The notes under the pieces are model-generated. The model made no database searches. It was not told the origin of the DNA and worked only from the letters and a program-made list of their open reading frames with translations. DNA of 64,000 bases from a virus. Numbering within the stretch: the stretch's first letter is position 1; every line of letters starts with the position of its first letter. Of this stretch, positions 45,197-53,816 are shown piece by piece. The translations under genes were made by a program, and so were the position numbers. The stretch lies in the IMG/VR virus record IMGVR_UViG_3300023708_001015; one strand, written 5' to 3'.

Positions 45197-45347
45197 CCAA
45201 CATCTTTACTACAATATACGCTACCATACGTTCGTGGGCATCTTCGGAGTTTAGCTTTTCTCGTTCCGAAACAAGAAACATCTCCTTGCCAGCGATCGTA
45301 TTCTCGAGGTTTGATTTAATTTTGAAGATATCCATGATTACTCGCAA
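45108..45347 (-). CDS. Hypothetical protein
   Basis: KSNLENTIAGKE...NIDELKRILADVE. Confidence 0.6.
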   Translation of the reverse strand: MRVIMDIFKIKSNLENTIAGKEMFLVSEREKLNSEDAHERMVAYIVVKMLDVNIDELKRILADVEVVANKTINEIYRHG

Positions 45348-45613
45348 CGGGTGTTAGTGAATGTACCGAAGACTGGACCAGTGTGTTCAACCTTCTTACA
45401 GGTAGCTGGCACTGACTTGTAGCCCATACATTGGGTTTGCTTCAGGGAGTTATTATACTGATAATGAGTACAAACTGATTTCTGACCTTCGAACGTATCC
45501 AAGACTTTATCGCTACCAAAACCTTGATCAATAGCACACACCACGAGCAGCAGAGGCATAGCGATAATGCAGCCAAGGATCAAGTGGGGGATGTAGTCAA
45601 GAGGGTTTCGCAT
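45338..45613 (-). CDS. Membrane/exported Cys-containing hypothetical protein
   Basis: N-terminal TM segment plus four Cys; first gene after the 45.6 kb promoter. Confidence 0.6.
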   Translation of the reverse strand: MRNPLDYIPHLILGCIIAMPLLLVVCAIDQGFGSDKVLDTFEGQKSVCTHYQYNNSLKQTQCMGYKSVPATCKKVEHTGPVFGTFTNTRCE

Positions 45614-45617
45614 TTCG

Positions 45618-45721
45618 TTCTTCCTTATCAGATGAATCTATTATACACCAATCCACGAGAAAGACAACAACTTTCTGCTAATAACCCTCAAATAAAAAGT
45701 AATACTTTCGGTTTACTTTTA
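45618..45721 (-). promoter_or_regulatory. Terminator-promoter cassette
   Basis: AAAAGTAA...TTACTTTT hairpin; TGAGGGTTATT half-site; TTGTCT-16-TATAAT (45667-45640). Confidence 0.7.
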
Positions 45722-46027
45722 GTCGTAGTAAGACCTACGTTGTGCTTGCTCTTCGTAGCCCTTACGACACTCGTCCCAGTCCTCTTTCTCGACTGCACCG
45801 ATAACGTCGCTCAGACCCTTGCCATCGTCGAATAGCTTCTGCCCGATAGCGTATGGATCGTAGTATTGCTTCCAAGCACGTTCAGCGCAGAACCGAGCAT
45901 CCTCGACTGGTTGGTGGTCGTATGGTTCGTTTGGATGACCTTCAGCGCAGTCACGTTCATAGTTCCCAGCCATGTAGCTAGCCAGAAACGTGCACACGTA
46001 GTGGTCTATGAATTGTTGCTTGGTCAC
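45719..46027 (-). CDS. Hypothetical protein
   Basis: ATGA-coupled ORF. Confidence 0.6.
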   Translation of the reverse strand: MTKQQFIDHYVCTFLASYMAGNYERDCAEGHPNEPYDHQPVEDARFCAERAWKQYYDPYAIGQKLFDDGKGLSDVIGAVEKEDWDECRKGYEEQAQRRSYYD

Positions 46028-46500
46028 TGGAATTGCTCCGATACGTTAATGCACTCCAATGGAATCAAGAACACTTCATGGCTTGAATAGACTCGACAGA
46101 ATCGTTCGTAGTCATAGCGATAGAATTCTTCCACTGGATAGCCCAGCAGCGTCTCAGTCAGCCATTCATAGACATAGAATCCATTGGTGTCATCTTCGTC
46201 TTCCTCATCTTTGATTGTATAGAAAGCATCGATCTGATCTTGGAGTTTCTGGTTTGGTTTGCATACTGTCAGAGCAGATGTAATAGCAGCAATCAACTCA
46301 TCACGAGTGGTTGCTCCATTACCAAGACCATTGCTACTATTGCGTGACTTAAATTGCTTGGCGAGAGCCACGAGGAATGTGACATCGTTGATGCCAAGAC
46401 CATTCAGGATCTTTGTCTGATATGCATCAGCATCGTTCTCCCAAGTGGTGACGTGCAACTGATAACCTGCAGGAATATTACTCATTATCTTCAACTCCAA
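46024..46500 (-). CDS. Hypothetical protein
   Basis: GYQLHVTTWENDADAY. Confidence 0.6.
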   Translation of the reverse strand: MELKIMSNIPAGYQLHVTTWENDADAYQTKILNGLGINDVTFLVALAKQFKSRNSSNGLGNGATTRDELIAAITSALTVCKPNQKLQDQIDAFYTIKDEEDEDDTNGFYVYEWLTETLLGYPVEEFYRYDYERFCRVYSSHEVFLIPLECINVSEQFQ

Positions 46501-46678
46501 AATATGCCTTTACGACTCGAGGCTTAATGTTACCGTGTCGGTTCTGTAATGTCAAAACTTCTTCACCAATCAGTCGTGCGAACTCAGCCAGCAGCAATTC
46601 TTGAGTGAAGTACGAGCCTTGTTTCTTGAATGGCTCATACGCTTTATCCATTAGACATTTGACTCTTTTGGGGTTCAT
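46478..46678 (-). CDS. HFGVE paralog family member K (divergent)
   Basis: MNPKRVKCL...EFARLIGEEV...VKAYFGVED. Confidence 0.65.
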   Translation of the reverse strand: MNPKRVKCLMDKAYEPFKKQGSYFTQELLLAEFARLIGEEVLTLQNRHGNIKPRVVKAYFGVEDNE

Positions 46679-46899
46679 ACGTCCAATCCAAACTTCTCTT
46701 GTAGATGGGCTTCGATCTCTTCGATAGGTACACAGTCGTCTGGTGGATACGAGTTACGCAGTCCACGGATAACCTCAAAGATCAAATTCTCAGCGAAACA
46801 GTGCATGTCATCCATAGAGAGCAGAGCAATGGGCACACCAGCGACTGCCTCTTCGAATACGATGTCAGACTCTCTCATCACTTCATTAACGATACTCAT
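46675..46899 (-). CDS. HFGVE paralog family member L (highly divergent)
   Basis: CFAENLIFEV...LQEKFGLD. Confidence 0.55.
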   Translation of the reverse strand: MSIVNEVMRESDIVFEEAVAGVPIALLSMDDMHCFAENLIFEVIRGLRNSYPPDDCVPIEEIEAHLQEKFGLDV

Positions 46900-46902
46900 T
46901 CT

Positions 46903-47133
46903 TCAACTCCGAAATGTTCTTGGATCAATATCCCAATGTTCAATAAGCATATCACAACTTTCGTCATATCCATTCTCAGCAAACATTTGGACACATTCTT
47001 TTACAATTAACTCAGCATGTTTACCACAGGCAGTTGCATAGTAGATGTCATTGTATCGTCGTTCAGCAGGAATTACACTGTTAGTATATTGGATAGCCTG
47101 TTTATACAGTTCTTGAATTCGTTCTACGTTCAT
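46903..47133 (-). CDS. HFGVE paralog family member M
   Basis: MNVERIQELY...KHAELIVKECV; out-of-frame IQEHFGVEE relic at its 3' end. Confidence 0.7.
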   Translation of the reverse strand: MNVERIQELYKQAIQYTNSVIPAERRYNDIYYATACGKHAELIVKECVQMFAENGYDESCDMLIEHWDIDPRTFRS

Positions 47134-47321
47134 TTTGATTCCTCAAAGTTCACTAAGTCTTTCTCAAGCACTTCACACCAAATTTTCGTAGGTTCAGAAA
47201 TCAACGCAAATTGAAACCATGAGCCGACTTGACGCAAGTATTCCAATCGTTCAGGTTGCCATTTCCAATTGTACTTGCCACCACGAACTAAGGTATCTTT
47301 GGTTACAGGATTAGTCATCAT
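47130..47321 (-). CDS. Hypothetical protein
   Basis: GGKYNWKWQPERLEYL...W.QF...WCEV. Confidence 0.6.
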   Translation of the reverse strand: MMTNPVTKDTLVRGGKYNWKWQPERLEYLRQVGSWFQFALISEPTKIWCEVLEKDLVNFEESK

Positions 47322-47557
47322 TTACCCCACAACAATAAAAATTTCCATATGACGATCTCATACATCGTTTGGCCATTCATATTACGAACCTTGCCAACGT
47401 GGATGTAATCAGTCTTTTCTTTCTCACGATCAGTGATATGTGTCCAGCAGTCGTCAGCCCAGTTGGCAGAGAACAGATAGCCGAACATTGTGAAATATCG
47501 TGGCTCATTAGGGCAAGGATACGTATTGAAATATTCTCGTGCTCTTTGACTCATCAT
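47318..47557 (-). CDS. Hypothetical protein
   Basis: ATGA-coupled ORF. Confidence 0.55.
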   Translation of the reverse strand: MMSQRAREYFNTYPCPNEPRYFTMFGYLFSANWADDCWTHITDREKEKTDYIHVGKVRNMNGQTMYEIVIWKFLLLWGK

Positions 47558-47742
47558 TTACTTTCTGGTAGTTTACAATCAGCATCTTTACCGCACCAGA
47601 CGGATTCGATAACTCCCTTGACACCATGTTCATTCACAGCGTCAATACTCTTGTATGCGATAACACCCATAGTGATCCAACTGGCGAAGATGAATACAAA
47701 CACCATTCCAATAAACCAAGGTACGATTTTATGTACGTTCAT
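47554..47742 (-). CDS. Small single-TM protein
   Basis: Hydrophobic N-terminal segment. Confidence 0.6.
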   Translation of the reverse strand: MNVHKIVPWFIGMVFVFIFASWITMGVIAYKSIDAVNEHGVKGVIESVWCGKDADCKLPESK

Positions 47743-47751
47743 TTTGTTTCC

Positions 47752-48081
47752 TTACCAGCTAATTTGAATGCCGTAGTTTATATGCTTTGGACCATTACCG
47801 TCATCGTCTGCTAAGCCGCGAGGCACATACCAGTCACCGTCGAGTTTAATCTCTGCACGATATCCCAACTCTTTGAGTTTCCAAACCACAGCCTTTTGCA
47901 AGGGAGTAATTATCTGATCAAGATGGTCGTATGAGCCCATACTACCCAAGTGGATGATAGTTTCACGTTTGCCACCTTCTGCGGCTTTAACGACTTCTTT
48001 CTCTACTGTATGCTTCAAATAGTCAGCAACTTCTTGACCACTTTGGTCATACAGTTCTTTGGCTTCCTTTGCGGTAATCAT
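47752..48081 (-). CDS. Hypothetical protein
   Basis: Start trimmed to MITAKEAK (AAGGA Shine-Dalgarno). Confidence 0.6.
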   Translation of the reverse strand: MITAKEAKELYDQSGQEVADYLKHTVEKEVVKAAEGGKRETIIHLGSMGSYDHLDQIITPLQKAVVWKLKELGYRAEIKLDGDWYVPRGLADDDGNGPKHINYGIQISW

Positions 48082-48091
48082 TTTGTTTTCC

Positions 48092-48355
48092 TTAAATGCT
48101 GCTGCCGAATTGGATAGTGAAGTATGGACGAACAGTCTCGCCATCTTTGTAGATGCAGTCAAAGTCCACGTCGATACCTTCAACGTAGCTGGCATAACCA
48201 CTGGTGTTCTCACGAACAGAGAATTCTACCTTATACTTCTCGCACATGGCAGCAAACTCTTCCTGAAACTCGATGGCAACTTGTTCTGCCACAGTGCGTT
48301 GTCGAGCATTTTCTTCGTTGCTCACGTATGTGCTTGGGTATACTTTGATAGTCAT
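48092..48355 (-). CDS. Hypothetical protein
   Basis: Co-oriented ORF. Confidence 0.55.
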   Translation of the reverse strand: MTIKVYPSTYVSNEENARQRTVAEQVAIEFQEEFAAMCEKYKVEFSVRENTSGYASYVEGIDVDFDCIYKDGETVRPYFTIQFGSSI

Positions 48356-48437
48356 TCTTCACTCCATGCTTCTTCTTGGCAAAACAACCAAAACCATTCC
48401 AATTGTTCCTGAAATTCTTTAGCGTTCAACATTTTGA

Positions 48438-48490
48438 TCTCCTAAGCAGATGACTCTATTATACATCAATTTGCAATAAAGTCAACAACT
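48438..48490 (-). promoter_or_regulatory. Sigma70-like early promoter and leader
   Basis: TTGACT-16-TATAAT (48485-48458); AGAGTCATCTGCTTAGGAG leader. Confidence 0.7.
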
Positions 48491-48756
48491 CACATAAATT
48501 CTTCTGGCTCACCTGCCCAAAGTTCTTTCAAGTACAATTGCTGGCGCACAGCTGCTTTACGAAACGCTTCGGGAGTCACTTTGCTAACATCGACTTCGAT
48601 GTACTGATTGTGCCACATTTGCTCAGCAAAGTCTTTCAGATCAGCGATAATCTTTTCATCCGACCAAGTTGTTCGCACAAGAGCCTCGCTTGGCCAAGAA
48701 CAGTCGTTCATAATGTTCTTCAAGATTGTCGAGGGTTGGTTCATTTTGCGTGGCAT
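48490..48756 (-). CDS. Hypothetical protein
   Basis: First gene after the 48.8 kb cassette. Confidence 0.6.
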   Translation of the reverse strand: MPRKMNQPSTILKNIMNDCSWPSEALVRTTWSDEKIIADLKDFAEQMWHNQYIEVDVSKVTPEAFRKAAVRQQLYLKELWAGEPEEFM

Positions 48757-48760
48757 TTTG

Positions 48761-48846
48761 TTTCCTAATCAACTGTAGTTATTATACATCAATCTGCAAT
48801 TTGGACAACAACTTTCTGGAATAACCCTCAGAAGTATGGGGTTTTA
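48761..48846 (-). promoter_or_regulatory. Terminator-promoter cassette
   Basis: AAAACCCCA...TGAGGGTTATT hairpin; TTGTCC-16-TATAAT (48808-48781); ACTACAGTTGATTAGGA leader. Confidence 0.7.
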
Positions 48847-49025
48847 TCTGTCAGGATTCGGTCGTGACCGACGATAGCCTTAGCCTTCCACTTCAGAGCA
48901 CGGCGAGTATAGTGTCCTTCTTCAGCCCTATGGGACGCTGTAGAGGCGTATTCCTTGTATGCTGCTACCTTAGCGTAAGTGCTCCACAAGTAATTGAGGG
49001 CTTTACCGACTTTGATTAGATCCAT
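48828..49025 (-). CDS. Hypothetical protein
   Basis: Co-oriented ORF with AAGGA Shine-Dalgarno. Confidence 0.5.
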   Translation of the reverse strand: MDLIKVGKALNYLWSTYAKVAAYKEYASTASHRAEEGHYTRRALKWKAKAIVGHDRILTDKTPYF

Positions 49026-49220
49026 TTTGATTCCTTACTTGTGAAGACGATCGATCTCAGCGTTGATCTTCATTTGCTTGATTATACTACGATTGTAGAA
49101 ATAAATTCCAACCATACCCAACAGAAGCCACACACCAGCCACGATAACTGCTATTTTAAGCAGAGTGATCAGGAATGTAGGGATAGCGAAGGTAGTTATT
49201 TCGATGTACATTTTATATCC

Positions 49221-49367
49221 TTAGATGGTGCAGTCGTCAGTCTGGCTGAAGTAGAACGTATGGGGAGCAGAGAGCATCAGCGCAGTCCGAGTGGACTTCT
49301 TTACATAAGTGTTACCATTACAGTTAAACACTTCACCGATACGAACAAGACGAAAAGTAACACGCAT
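49221..49367 (-). CDS. Small hypothetical protein
   Basis: MRVTFRLVRIGEVFNCNGNTYVKKSTRTA; start trimmed to the ATG after AAGGAG. Confidence 0.55.
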   Translation of the reverse strand: MRVTFRLVRIGEVFNCNGNTYVKKSTRTALMLSAPHTFYFSQTDDCTI

Positions 49368-49526
49368 TTTGATCTCCTTAGATGGCGTCTTCAAATTTCT
49401 CGAGGATGGCACCCAGTTCAGAATCACTGCTACCACGCAGACGATCCATAAACATTTCAGAGTAAGTACCAGTCTGGATAGCATGGTCAAGAATCAATTC
49501 AATCAGATCATTTCGGTTCATTTCGT

Positions 49527-49611
49527 TCTCCTAATCAACTGTAGTTATTATACAGCCATCTTGCAACTACGACAACAAGTATCTGGATAACCTACAATTC
49601 TGAGGGTTATT
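49527..49611 (-). promoter_or_regulatory. Terminator-promoter cassette
   Basis: AATAACCCTCA...TGTAGGTTAT hairpin; TTGTCG-17-TATAAT (49575-49547); ACTACAGTTGATTAGGAG leader. Confidence 0.7.
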
Positions 49612-49840
49612 ATCGAGCCTCGAAACGACCTTTAGCGTCCCGAGCAGGGTGACGATTGATCTGGCGATAACCCTCTGTACGAGGCTGATAAACGGCTATA
49701 TCGACCTTCTCGGAGTCCCAACGCTTGGATGAGTAGGTGATAGCCTGAGCCAAACAGTCGGATTCGAAGAGGATGGGAGCATCGTCCTCGTGAGCGCATT
49801 TGTAGTTAGGCGAGAGGTGGACTACGACGTATTCAGACAT
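49610..49840 (-). CDS. Hypothetical protein
   Basis: Co-oriented ORF. Confidence 0.55.
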   Translation of the reverse strand: MSEYVVVHLSPNYKCAHEDDAPILFESDCLAQAITYSSKRWDSEKVDIAVYQPRTEGYRQINRHPARDAKGRFEAR

Positions 49841-49990
49841 GTTCTTTCACCATTGCTTGAGTGTAATAGATGCTACCGCTATAGTGGCAGGCAACGCTGA
49901 TTCCACCTTGTGGCGTGTAGCCTTCACCAATAAAATCGTTTACACGAACCATTAGCTCTTTAGGGTTTGTTGCTTCAACTAGGATATACT

Positions 49991-50170
49991 TCATTTTGTT
50001 GGCTCCATTGAGTTCAGGGTCTGTTTAATGGCTTCGGCTAACTCTCGGCTAGCAGCTTCAGCGACGTTCTTACCAGTGGCGTCCTCGACCCAATAACCAT
50101 GAACACGGAAAGGCATCGTGAACCAAGTGTTAGCGTAGTAGAGGCGAGAGGTTTTGTTTTTCGTTTCCAT
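49991..50170 (-). CDS. Small hypothetical protein
   Basis: METKNK...MPFRVHGYWVEDATGKNVAE. Confidence 0.55.
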   Translation of the reverse strand: METKNKTSRLYYANTWFTMPFRVHGYWVEDATGKNVAEAASRELAEAIKQTLNSMEPTK

Positions 50171-50262
50171 GTAGTTATTATACATCAATTTGCAATAACG
50201 ACAAGGGATAAATGACAAAACCCCACGCAAGGTGGGGTTATTAAAAGTAAACCTAAAGGATT
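50171..50262 (-). promoter_or_regulatory. Terminator-promoter cassette
   Basis: AATAACCCCAC-CTTGC-GTGGGGTTTT hairpin followed by a U-tract; TTGTCG-16-TATAAT (50204-50177). Confidence 0.7.
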
Positions 50263-50512
50263 ACCCGTACCAGCTATGGTCTTTCACGATCTCTTCGCTC
50301 TTCTTACCGCAGACAGTGCATTCATTCCAGTACGTAGTGTGGGCTGTATCGTTGTAAGAACCACTAAAGTATCGACTCTTCCGTTCCAATGTACCTTCGT
50401 GGGTGCACTGGTCGTATATCTCCTGAAGTTCTTTCTGGTGCTTACGAATCAGTTTGACCTTAGCGTTTGCACGACGATTGATTTCTTTGATTACGTCAGA
50501 CTCGTTTAACAT
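50261..50512 (-). CDS. Small Zn-finger-like hypothetical protein
   Basis: CTH...ECTVCGK. Confidence 0.6.
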   Translation of the reverse strand: MLNESDVIKEINRRANAKVKLIRKHQKELQEIYDQCTHEGTLERKSRYFSGSYNDTAHTTYWNECTVCGKKSEEIVKDHSWYG

Positions 50513-50837
50513 ATACTAACAATCCTTTTTTAGTGGCAGTCTCGATCATATTCTTAGTGCCACGTGACTGTCCATCCCAGATAGCAATGAGTGCTTCTGC
50601 ATTCTCTGCCATCTTACGATTACGAATTGGACCAGCAGCACGACCATGCGTAGCCCAGTCAGCTTCGTACACGTTGAGAGTTTTATTCATCTCTTCAGCG
50701 TATCGTTCTCCAAGAGCATCAACACCATTGGCTCCACCAGACACTACAGTAGTAATATCGAATTGTGCTTCCTTGATTGCTTCTAGGAGAGTTTCGTAGT
50801 TATGGTAGTCACGACCACCAGCAATGATTACCTTCAT
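50496..50837 (-). CDS. SLOG-superfamily protein (DUF2493/YspA-like)
   Basis: MKVIIAGGRDY...VVSGGANGVDALGERYA...GRAAGPIRNRKMA...WDGQSRGTKNMI. Confidence 0.85.
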   Translation of the reverse strand: MKVIIAGGRDYHNYETLLEAIKEAQFDITTVVSGGANGVDALGERYAEEMNKTLNVYEADWATHGRAAGPIRNRKMAENAEALIAIWDGQSRGTKNMIETATKKGLLVYVKRV

Positions 50838-51049
50838 CGAATCCAGCCCATATCAGTGGCAACAGTGAATGGAAATACCCAGAATGCGAATATCAATAGT
50901 AGAGCCACACCAGCCTCGTCCCAGTAGAACTTACGGCGACAGAAATTAGCAAAAGCCATGCTAGCATAAGTTGTGGCAGCGATGTATGCGATTGTCAGTA
51001 CTGCGAATAGTGTCATCATTTTGCGGTGAGCCTTTGAATTTCTTTCCAT
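50834..51049 (-). CDS. Small membrane protein
   Basis: Two hydrophobic segments. Confidence 0.55.
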   Translation of the reverse strand: MERNSKAHRKMMTLFAVLTIAYIAATTYASMAFANFCRRKFYWDEAGVALLLIFAFWVFPFTVATDMGWIR

Positions 51050-51172
51050 ACATCGTCTGCAGCACGAGCAGCTGCAGTACCAGAGAAGTCCTCACGGAAT
51101 GCTGCACGAGTCAACACCCACTGTTGTAAGAATTCTTCCTTGGTTAGTTTCTTTTGTCGAACTGGAATTGGT

Positions 51173-51433
51173 TTAGTTTTTGGTTGCATTGATTTTCTCC
51201 AAAATAGCAATCATCTCAGGAATAGCTTTCTTGTCAATATGCAAGAAGATTCCACGTTGGTAGATATCGTCGTAGTGATGCAGACGCATACTGATTGTAG
51301 TATCACGATCAGCGATAGACATGTATGGACGACCATTTCCACCAGTGATAGTGTGTAATGGAATCTCTTCGTAGCCCTTGTCATCGTCGCCTTGTTGTTC
51401 AGCGCCAGCACGTATATTGTCTAATAGGTTCAT
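51173..51433 (-). CDS. Hypothetical protein
   Basis: ATGA-coupled ORF. Confidence 0.55.
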   Translation of the reverse strand: MNLLDNIRAGAEQQGDDDKGYEEIPLHTITGGNGRPYMSIADRDTTISMRLHHYDDIYQRGIFLHIDKKAIPEMIAILEKINATKN

Positions 51434-51729
51434 ACTTTAAGAACAGATCTAATAATTTTAACTTGAGAGTCTGGAGCCAGATAAGCACGACAAGCAACCA
51501 TCTTATCACCAGTAGCGATATCGTCTTGGTAAGTAAACTCAACCAGCTTGTGCGTTAGCATGTAGTCTGCCATCTGATGGATCAATTCAGCCTTTAACTT
51601 ATCTCTGGCGTCTTGATCACCATCTTCCAATAGAGTTTTCCATTCATAAGACATTCGAGCACGACCAACCACCATCTTACCACCGATGGCATATTCGTAT
51701 ACATCGAACCTCACATCACTTGTCAGCAT
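51430..51729 (-). CDS. Hypothetical protein
   Basis: IGGKMVVGR...CRAYLAP. Confidence 0.6.
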   Translation of the reverse strand: MLTSDVRFDVYEYAIGGKMVVGRARMSYEWKTLLEDGDQDARDKLKAELIHQMADYMLTHKLVEFTYQDDIATGDKMVACRAYLAPDSQVKIIRSVLKV

Positions 51730-51933
51730 CTACTTTGTACCAGTAAGAGTAAGAATCAGGTTCATCTTCGAAGTCTGATTGTTTCTCCGCATGTCGTTCG
51801 CAGTATGGGTGATCACCAGCAAATTGTGTAGATCGAACCCATACAGCAGGTTCATTGCATTCCATGCACGTTAGTGTTATTGTCATTTTTCATCTCCTCG
51901 AGATAGCCTCTGATAATCTCAGAGAGTAATTGT

Positions 51934-52212
51934 CTAAACATTAGTGTCTCCTGTGGTCTGTGCAACAATTGGACTGGTCAGAGTCATCTCTTGCACTGTA
52001 CCGTCTGCAGTCTTGCACCAGATAGTGTATGGTGGCTCCCAAGGATACGTTGGACCATATGGATTCTTTGGTTGAATCGGTTGGTATGGCATCGATGGAT
52101 TCCAAGGTGTATATGGCACTGGTGGATTCACTGGTGTCAAAGATGGAGTCGATTCATCGAATGTACCATCATCATAGAACGTAACGATTTTAGTAATTTT
52201 CTTCATAGCCAT
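51934..52212 (-). CDS. Pro-rich hypothetical protein
   Basis: PVNPPVPYTPWNPSMPYQP. Confidence 0.55.
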   Translation of the reverse strand: MAMKKITKIVTFYDDGTFDESTPSLTPVNPPVPYTPWNPSMPYQPIQPKNPYGPTYPWEPPYTIWCKTADGTVQEMTLTSPIVAQTTGDTNV

Positions 52213-52529
52213 TCATCATCCTTATCCCAACGGCGATTGATATAATATTCCTGCACTGCAAGAATTGCTTGAGTTAGAAACCATACACGTTCTTCACGAT
52301 CGAAGATACCATCACCTTGTGGTTCTGCTTCATAAACTACATCACCACCATAATCTGGTACTGATGCAGTGAACCCACCATGACGCAGACGGAAATATGC
52401 AACCTGTTCTTCACCAGCATATACGTCATATTGCTCTGGACATGCAGAGCAAGTTTGTTGAAGGCGATAGCCGTGAATCATCACTGGCTTCTTCCACATC
52501 TTTACGGTTTCAGGGGTAACATTGTCCAT
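52203..52529 (-). CDS. Hypothetical protein
   Basis: QTCSACPEQYDVY...YFRLRHG. Confidence 0.65.
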   Translation of the reverse strand: MDNVTPETVKMWKKPVMIHGYRLQQTCSACPEQYDVYAGEEQVAYFRLRHGGFTASVPDYGGDVVYEAEPQGDGIFDREERVWFLTQAILAVQEYYINRRWDKDDEWL

Positions 52530-52963
52530 GCGCTTGTATCTTTCATTACATATTCGTTAATATAATCTGGGGTGTTACTTATCAATTGTTTAAGAACCTG
52601 AGCATCAATCTCTTTAGCGAGCAATTCAGCAGCTGATTGTACCACATCATCTGGTTTTAGTTTCGGAGTTGGTCTCTTTTTAGGAAATAGTCCATCGTAG
52701 ACATCAACCAATGCTTTGTTTGGCACATCAGAAGCCAACATCAATGTCTCGAGTATTTCGACAATGTCTGGTCGTTCTCTCCACGTACCAATCAATACAC
52801 CCTTTGGATTACGAATACCCTTAAGATGCATCACATTGGTCACTGCCAGATAGTTTGGCATCAATAATGGTGGTGCGCCAGATATCGCATAGTTTGATCT
52901 CTTTTTAGCGATGTATTCTTTTGCTTGGTCAAACGTACCAGCAACTACGTAGATGTGAGTCAT
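52502..52963 (-). CDS. Hypothetical protein
   Basis: MTHIYVVAGTFDQA...GVLIGTWRER; start trimmed to the ATGA overlap. Confidence 0.6.
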   Translation of the reverse strand: MTHIYVVAGTFDQAKEYIAKKRSNYAISGAPPLLMPNYLAVTNVMHLKGIRNPKGVLIGTWRERPDIVEILETLMLASDVPNKALVDVYDGLFPKKRPTPKLKPDDVVQSAAELLAKEIDAQVLKQLISNTPDYINEYVMKDTSAWTMLPLKP

Positions 52964-53325
52964 TTTGTAACAAGAGCAACCAAGCCAACATAAGTCATTG
53001 CATGCAGGAATTGATCCATGCCAAGCAACCACCAGAACTGTTCATGAGTGTTTGGACCCCAACCCATCTTGGCATTGAGATTCATCTTAGCCCAGTCGAT
53101 GTTGTAATGAATCGCAGCATCCAAGAACGAGAGATAAACAGCAGCCTCTGGAGCATACCAAGCGAAACAACACCAAGTACCCATGCCATGGAATGCAGCA
53201 TGCAGGATTCCACCCACATGGCCATACGTACCTTTGTTACTCCACTGGAACTTAGTCTGCAGTGGAAAGTCCACTACAAAGTGTTTAGTGAATAACAGAG
53301 CAATGAGTATTAGTGTATCGTTCAT
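52960..53325 (-). CDS. DUF3307-family membrane protein
   Basis: KHFVVDFPLQ...K...HAAFH...HYNIDWAK...DQFLH. Confidence 0.85.
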   Translation of the reverse strand: MNDTLILIALLFTKHFVVDFPLQTKFQWSNKGTYGHVGGILHAAFHGMGTWCCFAWYAPEAAVYLSFLDAAIHYNIDWAKMNLNAKMGWGPNTHEQFWWLLGMDQFLHAMTYVGLVALVTK

Positions 53326-53816
53326 TTGTTTGCTGGAGTAAAGAGTGGATCTAACGGAGCAACATGCAGGTGATCAAAGACCAATTGGAACTTTGGTAGT
53401 GGCAGAGTAGCAGGATCGATATCCTGAGTGATATTGTATGCCAATGTCACATGTGGTTTGTACGAATCGTAGTCAGATGTAGCACCCATTGCACCAAGAG
53501 TATTATTCAACGCACGAGCCTCAGCAGACTCAACACGGAGCACCAAACACTTACCACCATCCTTAGTGTCGAACATTTCATAACCAACAGCATCAGCCTT
53601 CACTGAGTATTCACGAGAGAGTTTCTCTGCATCAGGCACTGGTGTGCGAGAGTAGATTACAGTGATGTGATACGAATTCTTAGTGACACGTTCATCAAGA
53701 CCAAGATTAGCCTCAACAAAGTGGTCCAACAGATCCATTGACGATTCACTCATTTCCAGAGCAACGTAAGTGCCATCCTTATGCTTGGCGTATTCTGATA
53801 ATGTGGCTAACTTCAT
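53322..53816 (-). CDS. 2H phosphodiesterase, Acb1 (T4 57B)-like anti-CBASS protein
   Basis: GTYVA...HITVIYS...DYDSYKPHVTLAY (two HxT motifs). Confidence 0.75.
   Translation of the reverse strand: MKLATLSEYAKHKDGTYVALEMSESSMDLLDHFVEANLGLDERVTKNSYHITVIYSRTPVPDAEKLSREYSVKADAVGYEMFDTKDGGKCLVLRVESAEARALNNTLGAMGATSDYDSYKPHVTLAYNITQDIDPATLPLPKFQLVFDHLHVAPLDPLFTPANK

Noticed and set aside
41021-47133. Diversity-generating retroelement as the source of paralog variation
   Set aside because: No reverse transcriptase in the window, no template/variable repeat pair, and the differences are length changes rather than adenine-specific substitutions
22338-48213. Long N-terminal extensions in track ORFs (gp33 to 22409, ClpP to 24783, 47752-48213, 49221-49490, 52502-53032)
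   Set aside because: The extensions overlap upstream genes or promoters; downstream ATGs with better Shine-Dalgarno or overlap context were used instead
49081-49110. Possible additional early promoter (TATAAT at 49086-49081)
   Set aside because: No credible -35 at 16-18 bp, so it was not listed as a feature
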